The notes under the pieces are model-generated. The model was not told where the DNA came from. It did no database searches and saw only the letters and a list, made by a program, of their open reading frames with translations. A program made the position numbers and the translations under genes. DNA of 64,000 nucleotides from a virus (lineage: Duplodnaviria > Caudoviricetes), in IMG/VR virus record IMGVR_UViG_3300037424_000485, positions 140,432 to 204,431 of that record; one strand, given 5' to 3'. Shown here one piece after another: positions 30,003 to 40,128 of this stretch. Each line of letters begins with the position of its first letter. Positions within the stretch are counted from its first letter, which is position 1.

Positions 30003-31595
30003 TTACCATGTGTTATTTAATGAATCTACTTCAGTATCGTATGATCTTGTATTATCGCTATTATTTACCACATGTGATGGAGCGATTACACTATTTTGAG
30101 TATTAATATTTGTAGTGTTAAAAAATCCTTGCATTTTATTACCTAATGTAGATGTTTGTTCTGCCATGGCTGTCTTCATACCGTTAGATGCCATAACACC
30201 CATAACTCTCACATTTTTTATTTCACCAGCCACTATAGTATCTGATAAGTTTGATATAGGAGATTTAGACGGAACGGAAAAAGTAGCATTCTCCTCGTCC
30301 TTGAACCAGTTAGCTGGATTGTATTTATCTATTATCTTCTGTACATTCTCTTTAATATTTTTAAAGAAGTTGAAAATAGAAGAACCTATATCCATAATAA
30401 CTCTAATAATTTTATCTATTAGCTTCGGTGCATTTTCTTTAATATTTTTAAAGAAGTTGAAAATAGAAGAACCCATATCCATAATAAATCTAATAATTTT
30501 ACCTATAGTATTTCCTTCCCATTTTATAAACTCGATGTAAGTATTGCCAAGAAATTTCCATAGGTTCCATATCATTAATCCTAGATCGCCTATAAATCTA
30601 ATTGCTATGCCTATCCCCTTTCCTATAAAAGCAAATACAGGCTGTAGTTTTTCACCAGCTAATGCCAGACCTCTAAGAGCAATCTCTATAGGCCAGAATA
30701 ATATATCGATAATCTTATTACCTAGATCTGGTATTTCTTTAAATCCTGTCCATTTTAAGAATTTATTTATTACCCATGCGAAAGGCTGTACAAATATATC
30801 TATAAGACCTTTAAATACATTTTTAAGACCAGCCACAATTTTATCTAATGTACTACCTTTTTCTCCACTATATCCTGTAAAGAAATCATAGATACTCATA
30901 ACGGCTTGTATAGGCCAGAAGAATTTTTTACCTAATTTAAACCCCAATCCTAACTTTCTAAGTAACGGGTTTTTAGATGTTTTTTCTAATACTTCAAAAA
31001 ATTTACCTATTTTTCCAAAGAAATTGCCCTTACCAAGAAGCTTAATTTTAGTAATTTTTTCAAATGCCCATGCAAATAATTTTATAGGAGCTAGTAGAAT
31101 ATTCGCTGCTAGTTGTAGCTTAGAAGCGAATATACCTATAGCTATTCCTAGAATAAGAAATATACCCCCTATAAGCTTCATAATACCACCCTTTCTACCT
31201 CTGCTCTCGCTATCACTTTTATCTTGTCTTAGAAATAATTTAGCAAACCCTTTTTTTATATGAGCACCAATAGATATAAGAGGTGAAATAAATGTAGTAT
31301 GGATTTTACCCATAATCTCCATATATGTACTTCTTATGTTACGAAATGCCTCGCTAAATCCATCTTTCAGCCATATAAAAAATTGTGTTCCTGCTGTTTT
31401 GAATATAGTAGGGAATAAATTAATCAAGCTTTTATTAACATTTGCAAAACCAGGAGCTTTTGCAAATTTAGATCCTGGTATATCTCTTGAAAGTGCGGTT
31501 CCTATGCTTTTTCTTTCAATGATATTTCGTAGACTATCAATGGATTTTGCAAATTTCTCTTGAATTGTGTGATGTTTTTTTAAATCTATTGCCAT
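30003..31595 (-). CDS. tape-measure-like protein (start moved to MAIDLKK)
   Basis: Amphipathic W/F-periodic helices; follows tube and chaperone genes; SD GGAG. Confidence 0.7.
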   Translation of the reverse strand: MAIDLKKHHTIQEKFAKSIDSLRNIIERKSIGTALSRDIPGSKFAKAPGFANVNKSLINLFPTIFKTAGTQFFIWLKDGFSEAFRNIRSTYMEIMGKIHTTFISPLISIGAHIKKGFAKLFLRQDKSDSESRGRKGGIMKLIGGIFLILGIAIGIFASKLQLAANILLAPIKLFAWAFEKITKIKLLGKGNFFGKIGKFFEVLEKTSKNPLLRKLGLGFKLGKKFFWPIQAVMSIYDFFTGYSGEKGSTLDKIVAGLKNVFKGLIDIFVQPFAWVINKFLKWTGFKEIPDLGNKIIDILFWPIEIALRGLALAGEKLQPVFAFIGKGIGIAIRFIGDLGLMIWNLWKFLGNTYIEFIKWEGNTIGKIIRFIMDMGSSIFNFFKNIKENAPKLIDKIIRVIMDIGSSIFNFFKNIKENVQKIIDKYNPANWFKDEENATFSVPSKSPISNLSDTIVAGEIKNVRVMGVMASNGMKTAMAEQTSTLGNKMQGFFNTTNINTQNSVIAPSHVVNNSDNTRSYDTEVDSLNNTW

Positions 31596-31667
31596 ATTTT
31601 CTCCATAAAAAAAGTCCAAAGAGTGTTTTAACACAACCCTTCAGACTTTCATCCATAACTCAATGAG

Positions 31668-31865
31668 TTAAGTGAGGTTATCTAATCCTGTTTGTTTTTT
31701 GCTGTCATCCCTATATAGTTTACCAAGGATCATTTTTCTTTCAAAATCAGGCATATTATGAGACTCTGATATGCCTATATTACAATTCTTTGCTAATATA
31801 TATTGCTCTTCTAATATGCCTTCTAAACTATCATCGGAACATGCCAGATGGATTAGGCGAAAAAA
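31668..31865 (-). CDS. -1 frame extension of tail assembly chaperone (gp51-like), not in track
   Basis: Frame opens at T TTT TTC (31859-31865) right after an in-frame TAA; RLIHLACSDDSLEGILEEQYILAKNCNIGISESHNMPDFERKMILGKL. Confidence 0.75.
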   Translation of the reverse strand, partial: FFRLIHLACSDDSLEGILEEQYILAKNCNIGISESHNMPDFERKMILGKLYRDDSKKQTGLDNLT

Positions 31866-32593
31866 TTATCTACAGGTATACTATATTTTTCTTCATTACC
31901 GCATCCAATGCAATTTAAATCTGTAGTGAACTGCATACCAAAGTCGTTATCTTCTAACCATTTTTTTAGAGTCTCAAAGCCACTTGTAGGTATACCATTA
32001 TCAATAAGATCAATTTTGTCTTCTAGAGGTATATTACTATCTTCTTCATCACCAACAATAAAAGTATTCATAGACTGTGCAACGCTCATAGTAACTACTT
32101 CTACAAATTTTTCAGTAGTTGTTAGTTTTTTTCTATTAACTCTTTTATATACTTCTTTCTGTTCACCTCTAGTAATGAGTTTCATCTTTACAGATATCTT
32201 ATCATTTATAACAATAGGTGTTTCATCAACATCCATTGGTGTAACTTTCATTTCTGATATTTTTATAGACTTAGGAGAAGTCATATTACATTTTGAACAT
32301 GTATAATTAAAATTATAAATATCTCCTTTAGAATTTTCTCTAATTTTTAATAGAAGATAAAATCTATCTTGTAATAGTAATTCATCTACAAAAAAATCTT
32401 CTGTAATGACACATTCATTCATGATATCATCAAGAATGCTCTCAATCATAAATGGATCAGTAGAATTTTCATATACCAACATCTTTTTCATCTGACCTGT
32501 TGTGAATGGTTTAAAAGTAATAGACCTTCCATCACTTGGTAATTCACAAGTAAACTCATAACTGTTTATATGATCTCTAAGTTTAATAGACAT
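31853..32593 (-). CDS. baseplate hub assembly / tail assembly chaperone (gp26-like)
   Basis: ELPSDG..ITFKPFT..Q.K; LRIRxxSKGD-like segment; two CxxC; ends DNFFA. Confidence 0.8.
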   Translation of the reverse strand: MSIKLRDHINSYEFTCELPSDGRSITFKPFTTGQMKKMLVYENSTDPFMIESILDDIMNECVITEDFFVDELLLQDRFYLLLKIRENSKGDIYNFNYTCSKCNMTSPKSIKISEMKVTPMDVDETPIVINDKISVKMKLITRGEQKEVYKRVNRKKLTTTEKFVEVVTMSVAQSMNTFIVGDEEDSNIPLEDKIDLIDNGIPTSGFETLKKWLEDNDFGMQFTTDLNCIGCGNEEKYSIPVDNFFA

Positions 32594-32618
32594 ATTGAAT
32601 AACTCCTTATTTCACTGA

Positions 32619-33131
32619 TTATAATATGGTATGATATTGATATGAAAAAGTTACATCAAATTGTAATGTATCTTTATTAGCATAATCAAGTGCTGCTGTT
32701 CCTACTACTTTAGGATATGCCCCATGCATGACATATTGGATGTTATTTGAGCTATCGGTATTTAGATGTGTCATGTTAAGAATACACATATAACTAGCAG
32801 GGCTTGCATGTGTATTGTCTGCTGGATTGTGTATATAGTTTACCCAATTTACAAAGTCATAACGAATAAGTGAGTCTTTATCAACATTAAATGTTACTGT
32901 GATATCGTTAAAAGTTTGAGTTGCTGCTAATTTATAAGTCATGCCTTGCCACGGAACAGCTATTTCTTCTAGATTTGAATCAGGAAGAGATGTTGTTCTA
33001 ACAAGATAAGGATAACTTTCTTTCCATAGACCTAGAGGCGCATTATCAATTTCAAATTTGAAAAGATATCCCCTCGCAAAGTCCTTATATTGACCTAATA
33101 AACTGTCTAAATTAAATCCTACATCTGCCAT
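32619..33131 (-). CDS. tail tube protein gp19-like
   Basis: FARGYLF...LPDSNLEEIAVPWQG...WVNYI...YPKVVG..LDY...FDVTFSY. Confidence 0.88.
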   Translation of the reverse strand: MADVGFNLDSLLGQYKDFARGYLFKFEIDNAPLGLWKESYPYLVRTTSLPDSNLEEIAVPWQGMTYKLAATQTFNDITVTFNVDKDSLIRYDFVNWVNYIHNPADNTHASPASYMCILNMTHLNTDSSNNIQYVMHGAYPKVVGTAALDYANKDTLQFDVTFSYQYHTIL

Positions 33132-33213
33132 TATATTATTCCTCCTAATATCTATCTAATTTATAATACACTTCTTAATAGTGTATTAATTGTTATGCTG
33201 CTTCTACTACTCT

Positions 33214-33233
33214 TATTTATATTTATATTTATA
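33214..33233 (-). promoter_or_regulatory. three overlapping late promoter boxes
   Basis: TATAAATATAAATATAAATA upstream of the tube gene. Confidence 0.7.
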
Positions 33234-33236
33234 AAA

Positions 33237-34100
33237 TTATTTGCATTTAAGCTGATTATATTTACAGCCTTCTTGTTTATGCACTGCTTTATGACATTTT
33301 TTACATAATGTAATACAATTATCTATATCTGTGCTCTCAATCGGGTTGATTTCTATGCCCTCATAATGGTGACAGTGTAAGTTTGATACTGAGTCACATT
33401 TTTGGCATGTCCAGTTGTCTCTTTCTAAAACTAATTTTCTTAGTTGTGCCTGTACTTCTCTTGTGTATTTATTGTTCTTATGTCCTTTGGGATATTTTAT
33501 CCGACCGTAAATATCACAACTACCCTTACATTCTTCAGAGCAATAAAATCTACAATCACCAGCCCCTCCATTTATAGATCTTATCCTATGTACCAAATCA
33601 TTTACTATAGGTATATGCCATTTATTACAATAGGTGCATCTTACTTCTAATATGTTTTCATCATCAGGGTATCTTCTTGTTTCTTCACAAAAATCTAACT
33701 GATGTGAGTATGTATCATATAATGGGATTGTTTTATATCCACCCTTCCACATATAACAATTTTTACCAGATTTTTTATGCTTAGTTTCTGACTGAACTTT
33801 AATCATTGCTAAACTTCTTTTTTTCTTCGTTTCTTTTGATTTGTTTGTTATTTTTTGTTTATTAGCAGCATTTTTCCTTTTCTCTACATCATCACCATAA
33901 GGACTTTTATGTTTTATTTGGCAAGATCTAGAACAATAAGTAGAATTTTCTTTTTGTGTTAGATATGGATCATTACAATATAGACAGCTTTCATTCTCTG
34001 TATAATATGTTATACCGCCTTTTTCTCTATATTGTTTATATAGTTGATCTCTTTCCTTATTATATTTAAAATCATTAATATTATCCCAACATATTCTCAT
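33237..34100 (-). CDS. HNH homing endonuclease, family A copy 1
   Basis: REVQ.QLRKLVLERDNWTCQKC...LHCHH...DIDNCITLCKKCH. Confidence 0.9.
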   Translation of the reverse strand: MRICWDNINDFKYNKERDQLYKQYREKGGITYYTENESCLYCNDPYLTQKENSTYCSRSCQIKHKSPYGDDVEKRKNAANKQKITNKSKETKKKRSLAMIKVQSETKHKKSGKNCYMWKGGYKTIPLYDTYSHQLDFCEETRRYPDDENILEVRCTYCNKWHIPIVNDLVHRIRSINGGAGDCRFYCSEECKGSCDIYGRIKYPKGHKNNKYTREVQAQLRKLVLERDNWTCQKCDSVSNLHCHHYEGIEINPIESTDIDNCITLCKKCHKAVHKQEGCKYNQLKCK

Positions 34101-34123
34101 ATAAATCTCCTATTTAGATTATT

Positions 34124-34193
34124 AAAAATAAGAGGTAGATTGATAAAATAGGTATCAATCAGAGATGGCCATCCTTTTCCCTCTTAATTTATA
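34124..34193 (-). ncRNA. three-way-junction leader RNA upstream of HNH gene
   Basis: TAAGAGG/CCTCTTA closing stem, GGAT-GGCC-ATCT hairpin, GATTGATA/TATCAATC hairpin, U5; covaries with 58295-58369. Confidence 0.65.
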
Positions 34194-34197
34194 GCTA

Positions 34198-34223
34198 GAC
34201 ATTAAACTGTAAGGTTTAATGTC
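34198..34223. promoter_or_regulatory. 10-bp inverted repeat after sheath gene
   Basis: GACATTAAAC-6 nt-GTTTAATGTC. Confidence 0.65.
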
Positions 34224-34230
34224 ATATCTT

Positions 34231-35958
34231 TTAGACTATATCAGTAAGTTCATCAAATGATGCACCAGTTTTTGTAGCGATAAAATTTAATATAATAAAT
34301 TCAGCACTCCTAGTAGGTTTGATAAAAATATTACACCAAAGCTCATTTCTATCCACCCTTTCAGGTGTATTTATTGTGTTATCACATACCACTTTGAAAT
34401 CATATACACCTCTACGAGCTTTAACATCACGTAGGAAAGGTTCAATCATATTAACCAACACTCTACGGGTAGCAGGATCATTAGGTTCAAATAGGAAGTA
34501 TTTGGTAGCTGTAGAGATGGCTTTCTCCATAACCATAAATAGTCTTCTAACATTTACTCTGTTGAAGGCACTTGACTTGTCAAGCATTGTTTTTTGCCCC
34601 CAAGTTACCTTTCCTTGACCAGCAAAAGAAACGATAGAATTGATACCATTACTATAAAGAATGTCTCTTGCGCCTTGTGAAGGATTCCAAGCTAGTTTTC
34701 TAATACCAGTTATAACCCCACGATTAAGACCAGCAGGGGCGAACCAAGGACCAGATACATCATCGGTTTTAGCATAAATACCAGCAACATAACCAGATGC
34801 AGGAACCCATACGTATTTTTTGGTATATCTGTTGTATACTTCAAACCAGTTACCATACAGAGCTGCATAGCTTGTATTGGCATTAAGAGTCTCACCAGAT
34901 GCAAGACCCCTTCTCCAATCACGAAGATTTGTTGTCTCACTACCACGTTGATTTATTACATCACTTTCTTGACAATCTAGAACTACAATGCAGTCTTTTC
35001 TTTCTTCTGCAATAACGATCATATAACGCTTAACATCTTCTGGTTTATCAGAGTCAATCAAGATATTAATATCTGTTTCTTCTGAGTTTCTATACAGATC
35101 AAGAGCATCCATAATATCAGCATTAGAAACCAAATCCCCTTGATTATCAGCACCTGATGAAAAAGTCATAAAATTAGATAGTGTAGATGCACTTAATGAA
35201 ACGCCTATCATTGACGGATCAAGCTTCATTCTAATATATTTTGAATTTTCATTGATAACATTCTCTACGAATTTAGAAGCACCTTGATCATCAATAGCAA
35301 GCTCTAGTGTAGATACGTTCCAGATTTCCTTAGTAACATAGTTTGTTTTTCCTTGATCTTTATACTGAACCATAAGCAAGAAGTCTGTATCTTCTTCAAG
35401 ACGGTCATCAACACTAAGCCATGCAGAACTTGTATTGAAAGATTCATAGGCAACACCACCTGTTAAAATAGATGTCTGTGATGTTCTATCAAGTAATGAA
35501 ATTCTTACATTATTACCCCAAGCACCTCTGGAATTTGCAATAAAGTACATATCCGCACCAGTAAGTCCTTCAGTATGGAATTGATCAGGATCTTCGCTTG
35601 TAAGATCTGATAGCTTATAAGCTGATGATACTTCTGGTGTTCCAGTCCATGAATCATTATTAATGCTACCACCAGCAAATGTTGCAGATGCTGGCATAAC
35701 TCTAGTTGCATAAAGTTTGTTTCCATATTTTAGAAATGCTTCTGCTGATAGCATATCTCTATAACAATCAGAATTAGTGGTAGGATCTCCAAAAGCAATT
35801 ACTAATTCATCTTTATTTGAAACAAAAGTTTGTTTAAGTTCAGATCCTTTATATGTATTTCTAACAATAATTGCGCCTATTGAAGTAGCCACCGCAGGAA
35901 TTGTAGTAGATACATCGACTTCATTTACATCAACTAATGGGCTTAAATAGAATGCCAT
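34231..35958 (-). CDS. tail sheath protein gp18-like
   Basis: MAFYLSPLVDVNEVD; WFAPAGLNRG; FNRVNVRRLF; IKPTRSAEFIILNF. Confidence 0.96.
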   Translation of the reverse strand: MAFYLSPLVDVNEVDVSTTIPAVATSIGAIIVRNTYKGSELKQTFVSNKDELVIAFGDPTTNSDCYRDMLSAEAFLKYGNKLYATRVMPASATFAGGSINNDSWTGTPEVSSAYKLSDLTSEDPDQFHTEGLTGADMYFIANSRGAWGNNVRISLLDRTSQTSILTGGVAYESFNTSSAWLSVDDRLEEDTDFLLMVQYKDQGKTNYVTKEIWNVSTLELAIDDQGASKFVENVINENSKYIRMKLDPSMIGVSLSASTLSNFMTFSSGADNQGDLVSNADIMDALDLYRNSEETDINILIDSDKPEDVKRYMIVIAEERKDCIVVLDCQESDVINQRGSETTNLRDWRRGLASGETLNANTSYAALYGNWFEVYNRYTKKYVWVPASGYVAGIYAKTDDVSGPWFAPAGLNRGVITGIRKLAWNPSQGARDILYSNGINSIVSFAGQGKVTWGQKTMLDKSSAFNRVNVRRLFMVMEKAISTATKYFLFEPNDPATRRVLVNMIEPFLRDVKARRGVYDFKVVCDNTINTPERVDRNELWCNIFIKPTRSAEFIILNFIATKTGASFDELTDIV

Positions 35959-36006
35959 GTGTTTTCTCCTTAATATTGCCTATCTAAGATTCATAAATAG
36001 GTCTTT

Positions 36007-36864
36007 TTATTTACATCTAAGCTGATTATATTTACAGCCATCTTGTTTATGTACTTCTTTATGACACTTTTTACATAATGTAATACAATTGTCTATATCA
36101 GCACTTTCAATAGGATTTATTTCGATACCCTCAAAGTGATGACAGTGTAGTTCTTTTGATGAGTTACACTTCTGACATGTCCAATTGTCACGTTCAAATA
36201 CTATATTTCTTAAATCTGGTTGATCTTTTCTTATTTTTATATCAACATTATTATTTATTAAAGTTGTTATATGTTTTCCAAAAACATAACACTTTTGTCT
36301 ACATTCATCAGAACAGTAAAACAGTCTATTTTCTTTATTTCCTTTAATAGTCTGTACTCTATTATCAACAAGTGATCTCGATGGGATAAACCATTTATTA
36401 CATTTGTTATGATAGCACCTTACTTCTAATATATTTTCATCATCAGGACATCTTCTTGTTTCTTCATATGGCTCTAACTTATGTGAATAAGAGTCGTAAT
36501 ATACATATTCACACCCACCTTTAAATCCAATACCTAATTTACTACTACTTATTTTTCTTCTATGCTCTTTGGAAAGTTTTCTATTATAATTACCGTTTTT
36601 ATAGCCAGACAACATACCCTTCATTATATTACTGTGATTGTTTTTAAATTCCTCTGTATGTTCTCTACCATAAAAAGGGTTTCCATCACCTTCAAAATAC
36701 TCTTTCTTACAATCATTAGAACAGTATGAATTGTTATTTCTTGAGCTTATATATAGCTCTTCACATATAGTACATTCACACAAATATCTTGTTTTATTAT
36801 TGACAAGAAAATTGCCTCTTAAAGATAAACTTAATGTATCTATATTATCCCAACATAGTTTCAT
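36007..36864 (-). CDS. HNH homing endonuclease, family A copy 2
   Basis: Same C-terminal HNH block and CKYNQL.CK tail; ATGA overlap with gp3-like gene. Confidence 0.88.
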   Translation of the reverse strand: MKLCWDNIDTLSLSLRGNFLVNNKTRYLCECTICEELYISSRNNNSYCSNDCKKEYFEGDGNPFYGREHTEEFKNNHSNIMKGMLSGYKNGNYNRKLSKEHRRKISSSKLGIGFKGGCEYVYYDSYSHKLEPYEETRRCPDDENILEVRCYHNKCNKWFIPSRSLVDNRVQTIKGNKENRLFYCSDECRQKCYVFGKHITTLINNNVDIKIRKDQPDLRNIVFERDNWTCQKCNSSKELHCHHFEGIEINPIESADIDNCITLCKKCHKEVHKQDGCKYNQLRCK

Positions 36865-37367
36865 GGTGTTTCGATTTCATATCGATCATACATGAAATTC
36901 ACACTTGAAGCTAAATTCACCTCACCTTCTCTGTAAGACATTGATATCTCTCCTAACATACTAGGCCATACGTTTTTAAAATTTATTGTCATTATAGATT
37001 CTCGCATGTTGTTTAATATATTTAAACTTGCATCAACAACATAATCTGGCCTATCACGACCATATCTATCTTTGTTATTATTTATATAATTTATCCAATT
37101 ATATAATATTTTCCAGTTATCAAAATTATCATCAATAAGAAAATTTACATACCAAGGCTCGTATGATATCCCACCAGAGTCCCAATTGGCCTTACCACCC
37201 ATCCAATTTTGCTCTCTTGTATCTAGCGTTATTGTTGGGAGAACAGATGAAAAAACATTCATTGATAAACTATTAGATTCTTTCAGACTTCCTAGATTAG
37301 GTAGCACAGGAAATAATAATTCAAAATTCTCTGGTGATGATTTATTTAAATTTGTAATATTTGCCAT
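36861..37367 (-). CDS. tail completion / tube terminator (gp3-like)
   Basis: NFELLFP...LPTITL...ISYEPWYVNFLIDDNFDNWKILYNWI. Confidence 0.75.
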   Translation of the reverse strand: MANITNLNKSSPENFELLFPVLPNLGSLKESNSLSMNVFSSVLPTITLDTREQNWMGGKANWDSGGISYEPWYVNFLIDDNFDNWKILYNWINYINNNKDRYGRDRPDYVVDASLNILNNMRESIMTINFKNVWPSMLGEISMSYREGEVNLASSVNFMYDRYEIETP

Positions 37368-37372
37368 ATTAT

Positions 37373-37380
37373 TATTTATA
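37373..37380 (-). promoter_or_regulatory. late promoter TATAAATA
   Basis: Exact box upstream of gp3-like gene. Confidence 0.6.
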
Positions 37381-37384
37381 TATT

Positions 37385-37615
37385 TTATTTTTCATCAATT
37401 GCTAATTGATTAATCCATGAATCATAAACTACTAAATTTCCAAATTTCTGATTCTCTCCCAAAACAGGTATATTGACAGGCAGCCATCCATATTCTTTCA
37501 GTATATGATTTGACTGTCTGTCAAAATTAATAATACCATTATGACTACGTGGTGGATTGCAAGGCCCTTTAACAATTTTATCTTCTTTCACTAAACAATA
37601 TAACGTATCTTCCAT
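37385..37615 (-). CDS. hypothetical protein (fibre-chaperone-like)
   Basis: LKEYGWLPV motif; ORF track. Confidence 0.5.
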   Translation of the reverse strand: MEDTLYCLVKEDKIVKGPCNPPRSHNGIINFDRQSNHILKEYGWLPVNIPVLGENQKFGNLVVYDSWINQLAIDEK

Positions 37616-37624
37616 GTATGTTCC

Positions 37625-39502
37625 TTATTCGTATATTACTGCTATCTTTGATGTAGTTACAACAATAGTAAGTCCATTACTATAAGGTGCATTAAAATCT
37701 AATGTACCTAAAGCCTTTGCTGTATCAATAATAGCAATTAATGTTCCAGATGCTGTTATACTATCATAAATAGTTACAACACCAGCATTGTCTAAATTAA
37801 TTACTCTTTGTAAAACACCAGCACTATTTTTAAGTGTATATGTACCAGGAGTGCCTAAATATCTATATTTAGGATTTGCTGTTAAGTTTCCTAATCTAAT
37901 AATAGATGCCATTCTTACATCCATTGTATTAACAGTTGTATTTCCATTGATATTATTATTTTCAAATCTAATAGTGAGATTTAAAGTATTAGTAGTTGTT
38001 GTCATATTATTCAAAGTATGTAGTAAAACATCATTAATAAAGAAATTTACATAATAAGAACTATATTCTATAACTAATCTTTTTATATTTGTATCCATAG
38101 TGACAACAGAACCCCAATTTCCATTAAAATTTCCTGTTGTTACTACTGTATCAACACCACCTTTTCTACTAACAACCTCTAATAGCAGTCCATTAATCTG
38201 AAAGAAAAAACCATTGTTATCATCAAACGCACCGGCTTTTCTTATATTATTAACATCTGGTGACGTTCCTAATCTTGATATAGATCTAAATTGATTCACA
38301 ACCCCTGATATTTTTCTAGCTCTATCATTAGTTTCATATCTTATTGTTGAGTTTGAGGTAGCACCTGTTGATAGTGTTATTTGACCACTCTGTGTAACAG
38401 ACCCCGTTCCAACTATAGTCTCTGTCCAAAAATTGGTATCTTTAGTTGTATCATTAAATGAAGATCCTATCAATCTAACAGGTGTTGTTGTTTTTAATGT
38501 GCCTAATACATCAACCTCTGCTTTTATTCCGGTTTCTTCATTTACAATACCAGAACTTGTTTTTAATCTTCCCCTGTTGTTTAGTGTCCTAGGTAATGAC
38601 GAAACAATTGGTGCTAATATACCTTGTAGTCTGAAATAGGTAGTTGCTATTGCTGAATCTAGAACTACCCTAATTTTCCAATATGACGAAACAGCCTGTA
38701 CAGTATCACCCGTACCACCATTAATATAATAGTATTGAAAACTATCTACAATATCCCAATTAATACCATCAGTAGATTGTTCTATATATACCATTGCATT
38801 TACATCAGTTTTTAGATTCCACTGAATAGCACCAACACCAAGAGTAGTTGTAGCTGTTCCATTAAATGTATATGAATTTCCTGCATCTAGATTAACTGTA
38901 CTTGAGTTATTAGGATCAACATATATTTTTTGCACAACGGCTGATGCTAAACTATATCCTCCGTCTACAGAAGGTGTTATGTCAACATTTGCATATCCAT
39001 CCCCAATTACCTTTCCTGATATAATAGATCTTGTTGTTTTTGCTGTTGAAGAATCTGTTAATATTTCTCCTATAGGAATATATACAGAACCTCTTTCATA
39101 TTCACTATTGATAGTTTGTAATCTAAGAAATGTTTGATCAGTAATAGATGTATTTGTTAACACTATTCTGATGTATTTTGACCTGGGTGATATTGCAAAG
39201 AATAGAGATCCATCAGTTAATGGATGTACAAAAGTTCTATCAATATTCACACCATCTGATGAATTTTGAAAATAGCAATTTCCTGACAATGCATCTGTTA
39301 TAATATTAACATTAATAGAACCAAAATTTAATACATCTTCCCATTCTCCTATGAATGTCTCACCAGCCGTTAAAGGAACTGTTGATGAATTAACAGTAGA
39401 AACTTCATTATTAATATTTTCTGTAACTACTGGTAATGGATTGCTCAGACCTATCTCAACTCCATCTTCATCTTTTATTTTTGTTGATTGAAAATCTGCC
39501 AT
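37625..39502 (-). CDS. beta-rich virion structural protein with internal duplication and lectin-like domain
   Basis: Two VSTVNSSTVPL / VDPNNSSTVNL-type modules; beta-sandwich-like C-terminal half. Confidence 0.65.
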   Translation of the reverse strand: MADFQSTKIKDEDGVEIGLSNPLPVVTENINNEVSTVNSSTVPLTAGETFIGEWEDVLNFGSINVNIITDALSGNCYFQNSSDGVNIDRTFVHPLTDGSLFFAISPRSKYIRIVLTNTSITDQTFLRLQTINSEYERGSVYIPIGEILTDSSTAKTTRSIISGKVIGDGYANVDITPSVDGGYSLASAVVQKIYVDPNNSSTVNLDAGNSYTFNGTATTTLGVGAIQWNLKTDVNAMVYIEQSTDGINWDIVDSFQYYYINGGTGDTVQAVSSYWKIRVVLDSAIATTYFRLQGILAPIVSSLPRTLNNRGRLKTSSGIVNEETGIKAEVDVLGTLKTTTPVRLIGSSFNDTTKDTNFWTETIVGTGSVTQSGQITLSTGATSNSTIRYETNDRARKISGVVNQFRSISRLGTSPDVNNIRKAGAFDDNNGFFFQINGLLLEVVSRKGGVDTVVTTGNFNGNWGSVVTMDTNIKRLVIEYSSYYVNFFINDVLLHTLNNMTTTTNTLNLTIRFENNNINGNTTVNTMDVRMASIIRLGNLTANPKYRYLGTPGTYTLKNSAGVLQRVINLDNAGVVTIYDSITASGTLIAIIDTAKALGTLDFNAPYSNGLTIVVTTSKIAVIYE

Positions 39503-40116
39503 TATGAACCTCTTATCCAGTTGATATTATTACTATAAATTACAATAGAATCCCATTGACTAGTAAGGACTATATTTGAGTCACCGCTTATGGTTTCTAC
39601 ACCATTTGGAGTTATTGTTACATTCCCAGCTCCTGTTCTAATTATATTATATCTTTTACCTAACAGACCAACAGCTGTTGGTAGTGTTATATCAGTAAGA
39701 TCATTTGCTTCTACTATATCATATGTATAATCAAGTAAAACACTCCCAGAAACAATACTATAATTAGATGCTACTGCATTTTCTGCAATATCTGCCCAAT
39801 ATGCAGCACTTACCATATAACCAGATGTGGCAATAGAATAATTATAGGTACTGTCTAATAGATTAGCAGCACTTACCATATAACCAGATGTGGCAATAGA
39901 ATAATTATATGCCGCTTCTGCTGCACTAACAGATGTACTCATGGCATCTGTTATTGCAGTAGCTACCATAGGTGCTATATTAACTGCTAGAACTGTAGCC
40001 TTAATATGCCTCCCAGAATCATCAGGCTGTTCTCTAGTATCAATAACAGGAATTAATAAATCGTCCCTTATTATTGTTATCTCTGGTGATGAAGATATTC
40101 TTTTTCTATTTGCCAT
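39502..40116 (-). CDS. virion appendage protein with short repeat
   Basis: 2 x YNYSIATSGYMVSAA (63-bp period); C-terminal TLPTAVG...GETISG fibre-type domain. Confidence 0.6.
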   Translation of the reverse strand: MANRKRISSSPEITIIRDDLLIPVIDTREQPDDSGRHIKATVLAVNIAPMVATAITDAMSTSVSAAEAAYNYSIATSGYMVSAANLLDSTYNYSIATSGYMVSAAYWADIAENAVASNYSIVSGSVLLDYTYDIVEANDLTDITLPTAVGLLGKRYNIIRTGAGNVTITPNGVETISGDSNIVLTSQWDSIVIYSNNINWIRGS

Positions 40117-40128
40117 TATATTAATTCC

